A DNA stretch of 64,000 nt from a virus: IMG/VR virus record IMGVR_UViG_3300002026_000015, positions 44,628 through 108,627 of that record, one strand, 5' to 3'. A model generated the notes under the pieces. It did not search any database and was not told the origin of the DNA. It saw only the letters and a list, made by a program, of their open reading frames with translations. The translations under genes and the position numbers were made by a program. This document shows, one piece after another, positions 58,551 through 64,000 of this stretch; position 1 is the first letter of the stretch, and the number at the start of each line of letters is the position of its first letter.

Positions 58551-58902
58551 TTATTCCGCAGCAGCTTCGGTATCAGTTTCAGTAGGAGCTGTAGGTACAA
58601 CTCTTCTTGTAACTTTAACTTCATCCGCTTTGACAAGACCGATTTCAGTAAGATATTCAATGTCAGCCATAGAAATGCCTTTCAGACCATTGAAGATTAC
58701 GTTATCGAAAACTTCGATTCCGTCAAATTCAATTTCGGTAGATTCCATTTCTTTAACATATTTGATAATCTCATCGTAACCAGGCTGACCTTTAGTAATG
58801 GTTGTCGCACCTTCTTTGATGAAAGGTTTTGCAAACTTTTCACGAAGTTTGTAAAAGTCTTCAATCTCAGTAAGAAGCGATTTTCCCAATAGTAGTTTTC
58901 AT
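58551..58902 (-). pseudogene. Small tail-associated protein gene with apparent frameshift near its 5' end
   Basis: AGGAG+ATG (58902) opens only 11 codons; the 112-aa body is in the +1 frame. Confidence 0.45.
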
Positions 58903-58940
58903 AACACTCTCCTAAAATAAGGTAAACATTAATTATTTGT

Positions 58941-58952
58941 CATAATAATGTT
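58941..58952 (-). promoter_or_regulatory. Putative late promoter embedded in an inverted repeat
   Basis: Minus AACA-TTATTA-TG within ATAAGGTAAACATTA...TAATGTTTACCTTAT. Confidence 0.6.
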
Positions 58953-58972
58953 TACCTTATTATTATAGAAAA

Positions 58973-61927
58973 TTACATAAAAGATTTTCTAACTCTTGGC
59001 CAAATAGATTCATCCGAAGTAGTAGTCCCTGGTTTGCCAATTTTAACTCTAAACGAATTTCCGACAAATATCATTTCGAATGAAATTCTATGTTGTATTT
59101 TTGGAGTTGTTAGATTATAACCCATACTCACTTCAATGTACGCATGGATATATCCTCCTATATTTTTAGCTATGACTTTACCAAAGCAATTTGTATAATC
59201 AGGAGTTGAAAATGATGCATCCGTTTGTGGTTGCCAATATGATACTTCACTAGAATCAGATCCGCCATGTTGAGAAACAAGTACGGAATCTATGAACTCC
59301 CCATACAAAGCCTCTATAGTAAATGTCCCGAACAATAATAAACCTGTAGTTATTTCAATCTGTTCGCCGTTGTTCAAATTATATTGTTTACCATTGGCCA
59401 AATCTACTTTATTGTCATCTCTAGAAAGTTCCTTTAAATTAACAATATCATCAACCGTAATGTTTGTTGTAGCCGATCCGCCATTAGAACCGCTCAACCC
59501 ATATCTATATACAGATAAAGCTGTTACGCCACCATTACTAGCAGAGGTTGGTCCAGTGGATACCGCATCAGGACTTATTCTTATAGTTTCAAAACTTAAT
59601 GTAGTATCTGTTCCAAATATACTATCGTCATTTGAAAGCGTTAAAGATTTTGAAAACTTTACAAGTTTTGCAAAATTTAATGCAGTTAATGAAGCTGATT
59701 GATTTGCAACAACGGCATCACCATTATCATAGCCTCCTGTGCCCTGATTTTCTCTTTTTCTGATAGTTACGGTCAGAATTTGCTTATTACCATTATAATT
59801 GGTATTATCACTATGAATTATTTCACTTATAGGATCAAAATTTATATAATTTACATTATCAATTTCGATTCTTATAGGATCATCATCACTCTCAGTGGCC
59901 GAATATACATCATCTCTAAAACGTTTCAAGTATAAACTTTTCGAGAGTTTATTTAAATCATACATATCATTTACAGTAAAACTGAAATCTTCAGACCATT
60001 CTGTGTTACTAGTACTCCCGGATTTATACCGTTTATAATATCTGGAAAAAGTTATTGAATTTGCGTACCCATTTCTAGTAGTTGTAGTTCCACTGCTCGT
60101 TGATCTAGTTGGGAGTATATTAAACGATGCCAGTCCGTTATTATCTACGCCAAATCTTTTAACTATTTCATTTGGAATTAATCCCCAATAGCTACCATTG
60201 CTAATAGGATTTCTACCATAGTTATTATCAGTTTTAGACACATAATAAGTTCTAATTCCATCAGTATCTTCGAGATAGACATATGAATTATTAGCATATG
60301 TTGAAGTTGAAGACCACAAACCGCCGCCAGAGAGATTTTCAATATTTAAATCTCCACCAACTTCCAAACTAATAAGCTTCATTTTGCCAGTAAATGAATC
60401 AAATGTCATCGTTTCCGATATATCATTATCATTAGTACGACCTACATTGAAAGTCATCCCGTTAATTGTATAATTGGAAGTTTTAGTCTTGTAATTGGTG
60501 TAATACTCGCTAGTTGCATAGACATAAACACCGTTTGATGTCATTGATATAGCCTCTCCATTTACAACTGTATACACAGGTTTTTCACCATCTACAATTG
60601 AAAATTCTCCATTCTGGATCCTGAAATTACTTCTTGTAAGTTCAGATCTCGAACCAGTATATCCTGAAGAGAAACCGAATGTCAACAATGAATCATCTGC
60701 GGTTATTTTAAGTTTATTGGCTCTAGAGTAGTTTGTATCAAATGGTCTATGGCTAGAAATCTCAATTCTTCCAAGAGGATTTCCGTTTATATCAAAATTT
60801 GGATTAAGAGAAAATCCTGATATACCATTTACATTATCTCCGCCATATACAATTATTCCATCTCTGTAAAATTTTGTATATTTGCGTAGTTTCGGATCTG
60901 TTAGATTTCTAGTACGTTTCTCAAATATTAAAGATTCTTGAGAAAGTTTTGTATTAATTAATACTTCATCGTTTAATGCCGAAACAAATCTCGGTTCTCT
61001 AGATATTTTAACCGTAGGAGAAATGGTATCGCCAGATTCATCTCCATATACGGTTGTCATATTTTTAGACATAGAAGGATTTATTTCGATAACAGCGCCT
61101 GCAAGATGACCTGTCGCTATTGTTGATTGAGGACTTCTTATAATATTTAGAACTTCTCTTTTGGTTGAAAGATCTACCGTAGTAAATATTCCATCATATC
61201 TACTGTTCATCGTTCCAAATTGAAGATTTCCTTCAACAACCCCACTGCCAGTACTGTAAAAGTGGCCGTTGTTATATATCCAAAAATGCGGCTGAAAATA
61301 ATAACCGGATCCATCAGGAGCAGGGGACTCAGATCTACCAACAGACAGATTGAAGAATTGACTGTGATTTTCAGTTAAATGATCGTGGAAATCTCGCATT
61401 GACATCTTTTTACGAACATTCGAATCATCAGTTGAAAAAGTCAACTTCAATTTGTCTAACATATCATTTGAAGAACTGTTAACTCCTATGTCCGAATTTG
61501 TAAGAGAGTCTTTCCCTAAGATATATTCGTTAACGAATTTCATCAAGCTAACTTTTTCAATCTTGCCAGGAACAGTTGACGAAACAGCTTTAGTTTCAAC
61601 AGACAGCTTACTGTCAACTGTGAATACGGGGTTGGCTTCATATTTCCCATTTACAAAATCCAAAACGTTTGCACCAGTAACGGTACCACGTTTGATAGAC
61701 CCATCTACAGAATCTGAATAGTACGCATTGAAAATATACTTATCGCTCAATCCTGAACCGATAGCATTCCCATTATTGAAAAGTCGTTTTTCCAAATTTG
61801 ATATAGTTATAACTGCGTCACGTTTACCGGTTACAGGATCTGCAACCTTCTTCACAACGTATAATATATCATTATCTTCCAAGCTCGTTGTCGGAGCTCT
61901 ATCCGTTATTGGAGATTTCATATTCAT
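58973..61927 (-). CDS. Tail fibre-like protein
   Basis: N-terminal SPITD....SL..NDILYVV fibre-type motif, G/S/T/N-rich, CBM5/12-like GLWSSTSTYANNSYV..P....YW. Confidence 0.7.
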   Translation of the reverse strand: MNMKSPITDRAPTTSLEDNDILYVVKKVADPVTGKRDAVITISNLEKRLFNNGNAIGSGLSDKYIFNAYYSDSVDGSIKRGTVTGANVLDFVNGKYEANPVFTVDSKLSVETKAVSSTVPGKIEKVSLMKFVNEYILGKDSLTNSDIGVNSSSNDMLDKLKLTFSTDDSNVRKKMSMRDFHDHLTENHSQFFNLSVGRSESPAPDGSGYYFQPHFWIYNNGHFYSTGSGVVEGNLQFGTMNSRYDGIFTTVDLSTKREVLNIIRSPQSTIATGHLAGAVIEINPSMSKNMTTVYGDESGDTISPTVKISREPRFVSALNDEVLINTKLSQESLIFEKRTRNLTDPKLRKYTKFYRDGIIVYGGDNVNGISGFSLNPNFDINGNPLGRIEISSHRPFDTNYSRANKLKITADDSLLTFGFSSGYTGSRSELTRSNFRIQNGEFSIVDGEKPVYTVVNGEAISMTSNGVYVYATSEYYTNYKTKTSNYTINGMTFNVGRTNDNDISETMTFDSFTGKMKLISLEVGGDLNIENLSGGGLWSSTSTYANNSYVYLEDTDGIRTYYVSKTDNNYGRNPISNGSYWGLIPNEIVKRFGVDNNGLASFNILPTRSTSSGTTTTRNGYANSITFSRYYKRYKSGSTSNTEWSEDFSFTVNDMYDLNKLSKSLYLKRFRDDVYSATESDDDPIRIEIDNVNYINFDPISEIIHSDNTNYNGNKQILTVTIRKRENQGTGGYDNGDAVVANQSASLTALNFAKLVKFSKSLTLSNDDSIFGTDTTLSFETIRISPDAVSTGPTSASNGGVTALSVYRYGLSGSNGGSATTNITVDDIVNLKELSRDDNKVDLANGKQYNLNNGEQIEITTGLLLFGTFTIEALYGEFIDSVLVSQHGGSDSSEVSYWQPQTDASFSTPDYTNCFGKVIAKNIGGYIHAYIEVSMGYNLTTPKIQHRISFEMIFVGNSFRVKIGKPGTTTSDESIWPRVRKSFM

Positions 61928-61941
61928 GATAAACCTCTTCC

Positions 61942-63777
61942 TTATTTAATTTCATTGTTTGAGTATGAAATGAATGTTTCTTGTTCTTCTTCATATACGA
62001 TTGGAACTCCATCCACTCCACAAATAATCATCGCTTCAGGATTAATACCAGGGATCTCTTCAGTAACTACGTTTCCATCAATAATATCACCATATTTAGG
62101 ATATGGGTAATTATCAAAGTCACCTTTAGTTGCTGTGAAATCGTATCTGTTAAATGATCCGCTATAACGGAAAGGAACTCCCCATTTAGCTTTATTCAAT
62201 AAACCACTTGCATCATTTATTTCGATAGCGATATCGATTAAACTTAATGCATATCTTCTAGTTACATCTCTACGATGATTATAGAAATTGGCATCAATTG
62301 AGCCTGGTCGAATTAGATCTGACAATTCGGAACTTCCGTAAATATAGTGCGGAGTTGTGTCTTTAATATCCCCAATATATCCGTCTTCTCTAATTCTAGT
62401 TGGTTCAGACGAACCAGTCTTAAACGTAACATACGGTTTACGATATCCATCTCCGCCATTTCCACCTGTTGGGATAGCCATTTGACTAACAACTTCGAAG
62501 TATGGAGATATAATAAAGTGAACAATATTTCCCTGATCTTTAGATAATACAAAGCCTATTACAGGAATTGTTATTGCTCCTATCACAATATTACCATGAC
62601 AATTATAAGTACGCTCATCTACGAAATTGTAAACTTCTCTCATCAAATTGTATAAGTCAAAATTGTGATTTCCGAAATCAGTTCGTATTACATGACTTCC
62701 AGGAAGTTCATTATTACTTACATATGAATCCGGTTGGATTTTAAGATTTAATAACTTAGAAGTTATTCTATCTTGAGCAGGGATATTTGTTATACACTTT
62801 ATCGTATTATCATTACCCTTGTAATACTTCGGTTTTACAATTTTATCTGTATAACCTGGTTTTACATCTATAGGACCATATCCATTAGTTGAAAGATTTC
62901 CACAACCTATGATATTCCCACCAGCGACCTCAGTGAGTCCCGGAGCAGATAATGATTGATGGAGAGTTACCCCACCAACTCCTGTAATCAAAGGTGTAAT
63001 TTCGATATTCATTGGAATAATATTGTCATACACGTCATCGACAGTAATGGTCATCGCTTGTCTAGTTATATAGAAATCGACAAATCCTGGAGTTGTCATA
63101 GATGCATGTATAAGAGTATTACAATCATCAACACTCTTTATATACTCTGCCATAAATCCTATACCATATCTATCTTCCAAATATCCTGTGGTTATATAAC
63201 CTTTCATGGACATCAATGGCGTACTAATACGGACTTCGAGTAGAAGTTTTCCGATATTAACCGTTTCTGGAGATAGAGGGGATTTTCTTGGATCTCTAAC
63301 AAGTTTTTCGCCAAGTTCACAAGTGAATACTTTCTTCCAATAATTATGAGAATAGACCGCGTTTGTACGTATGATATAACTACCTGTAATTATATTTTTA
63401 CGTGGATCATTCTTCAAATTTTGAACGTGATCATATACCGAATCGGTAAACTCACAAACTTTATTTTCTGCGATAAATGATGTTTCTGCAACTTTATCTT
63501 TATGTACCATAAGTCTAGAACTTGTGGTCATCACATTCTTGACAACTGCGTAGAAATTCTTAGATAAACTTGAGGGCATATTATCTAGAAGTTCCAATAA
63601 ATACTCATGTTTTTCTCTAACTTCTCCAAGAGATGAGTTTATACAATTCATCAAGTCATCTGGAGAAATAGTATCTACGTCTTTCAGACTTAGCAATTCT
63701 TTTACAGCTTCTTCAAAAACTAACGTTCCGTTGTTTTTGTAACCAGCATAATTGTTGGAATTCGTTATATTTGCCAT
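61942..63777 (-). CDS. Probable tail-associated structural protein
   Basis: Late promoter; upstream of tail fibre; AGGA RBS before ATG 63777. Confidence 0.6.
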   Translation of the reverse strand: MANITNSNNYAGYKNNGTLVFEEAVKELLSLKDVDTISPDDLMNCINSSLGEVREKHEYLLELLDNMPSSLSKNFYAVVKNVMTTSSRLMVHKDKVAETSFIAENKVCEFTDSVYDHVQNLKNDPRKNIITGSYIIRTNAVYSHNYWKKVFTCELGEKLVRDPRKSPLSPETVNIGKLLLEVRISTPLMSMKGYITTGYLEDRYGIGFMAEYIKSVDDCNTLIHASMTTPGFVDFYITRQAMTITVDDVYDNIIPMNIEITPLITGVGGVTLHQSLSAPGLTEVAGGNIIGCGNLSTNGYGPIDVKPGYTDKIVKPKYYKGNDNTIKCITNIPAQDRITSKLLNLKIQPDSYVSNNELPGSHVIRTDFGNHNFDLYNLMREVYNFVDERTYNCHGNIVIGAITIPVIGFVLSKDQGNIVHFIISPYFEVVSQMAIPTGGNGGDGYRKPYVTFKTGSSEPTRIREDGYIGDIKDTTPHYIYGSSELSDLIRPGSIDANFYNHRRDVTRRYALSLIDIAIEINDASGLLNKAKWGVPFRYSGSFNRYDFTATKGDFDNYPYPKYGDIIDGNVVTEEIPGINPEAMIICGVDGVPIVYEEEQETFISYSNNEIK

Positions 63778-63806
63778 AATTCCTACCATATTAACATTAA
63801 TGTTTA

Positions 63807-63840
63807 CATTGATATGTTTTGATATGAAAACATCCCAATG
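63807..63840. promoter_or_regulatory. Back-to-back divergent late promoters
   Basis: Minus AACA-TATCAA-TG (63807-63818); plus AACA-TCCCAA-TG (63829-63840). Confidence 0.7.
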
Positions 63841-63871
63841 TAACAAAAAATTTTTAACTTTGGGGATATGT

Positions 63872-64000
63872 ATGATCGATCTTGAAGAAAAGAGATTATC
63901 GGGTTATATAGAACCCGCTACAGAAGATACCGAAATTGGTATTCAAGTTATCGAATCTAAATTCAATGACGCATTTGCGAGATTGGATAACCTTACTAGA
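63872..64000 (+). CDS. 5' end of a gene running off the window (MIDLEEKRLSG...)
   Basis: GGGGA RBS, 43 open codons to the edge, late promoter upstream. Confidence 0.7.
   Translation, partial: MIDLEEKRLSGYIEPATEDTEIGIQVIESKFNDAFARLDNLTR

Noticed and set aside
1-64000. CRISPR array, introns/inteins, stop-codon reassignment, chimallin or PhuZ genes
   Set aside because: No regularly spaced repeats; conserved enzymes read through intact in the standard code with TAA, TAG and TGA all used as stops; no tubulin signature or recognisable shell protein in this window.

Overview
A 64-kb AT-rich, densely coding segment of a jumbo myovirus, most like the phiKZ/AR9(PBS1) group. It encodes a ~1500-aa virion-type RNA polymerase beta subunit, the exonuclease/motif-A half of a split family-B DNA polymerase, DnaB-like and Dda-like helicases, primase, NAD-dependent ligase, SbcC and SbcD, a ClpB-D2-like AAA+ ATPase, MazG-like, dCMP deaminase and dNMP-kinase-like enzymes, baseplate proteins (gp5-, gp25-, gp53-like), large tail proteins and two endolysins. 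Two promoter classes can be read by eye: TATAT(T/A)-N6-YG (about 12 sites) and AACA-N6-T(G/A) (about 17 sites). The second matches the AR9 late consensus that is read via template-strand uracils. GC hairpin terminators bound most units. Using this grammar exposes units missed by the ORF track: a stand-alone 10-aa peptide gene (MGPFLPPYGK) with its own promoter, RBS and terminator; a ~280-nt structured non-coding transcript after dnaB; a second structured element after dda; and a ~640-bp origin-like region next to a nuclease-less tandem NUMOD1 protein. No tRNA, rRNA, CRISPR array or IS element was recognised. All calls are from motif reading only, with no database searches. Many starts were moved from the ORF track to the RBS-supported codon.
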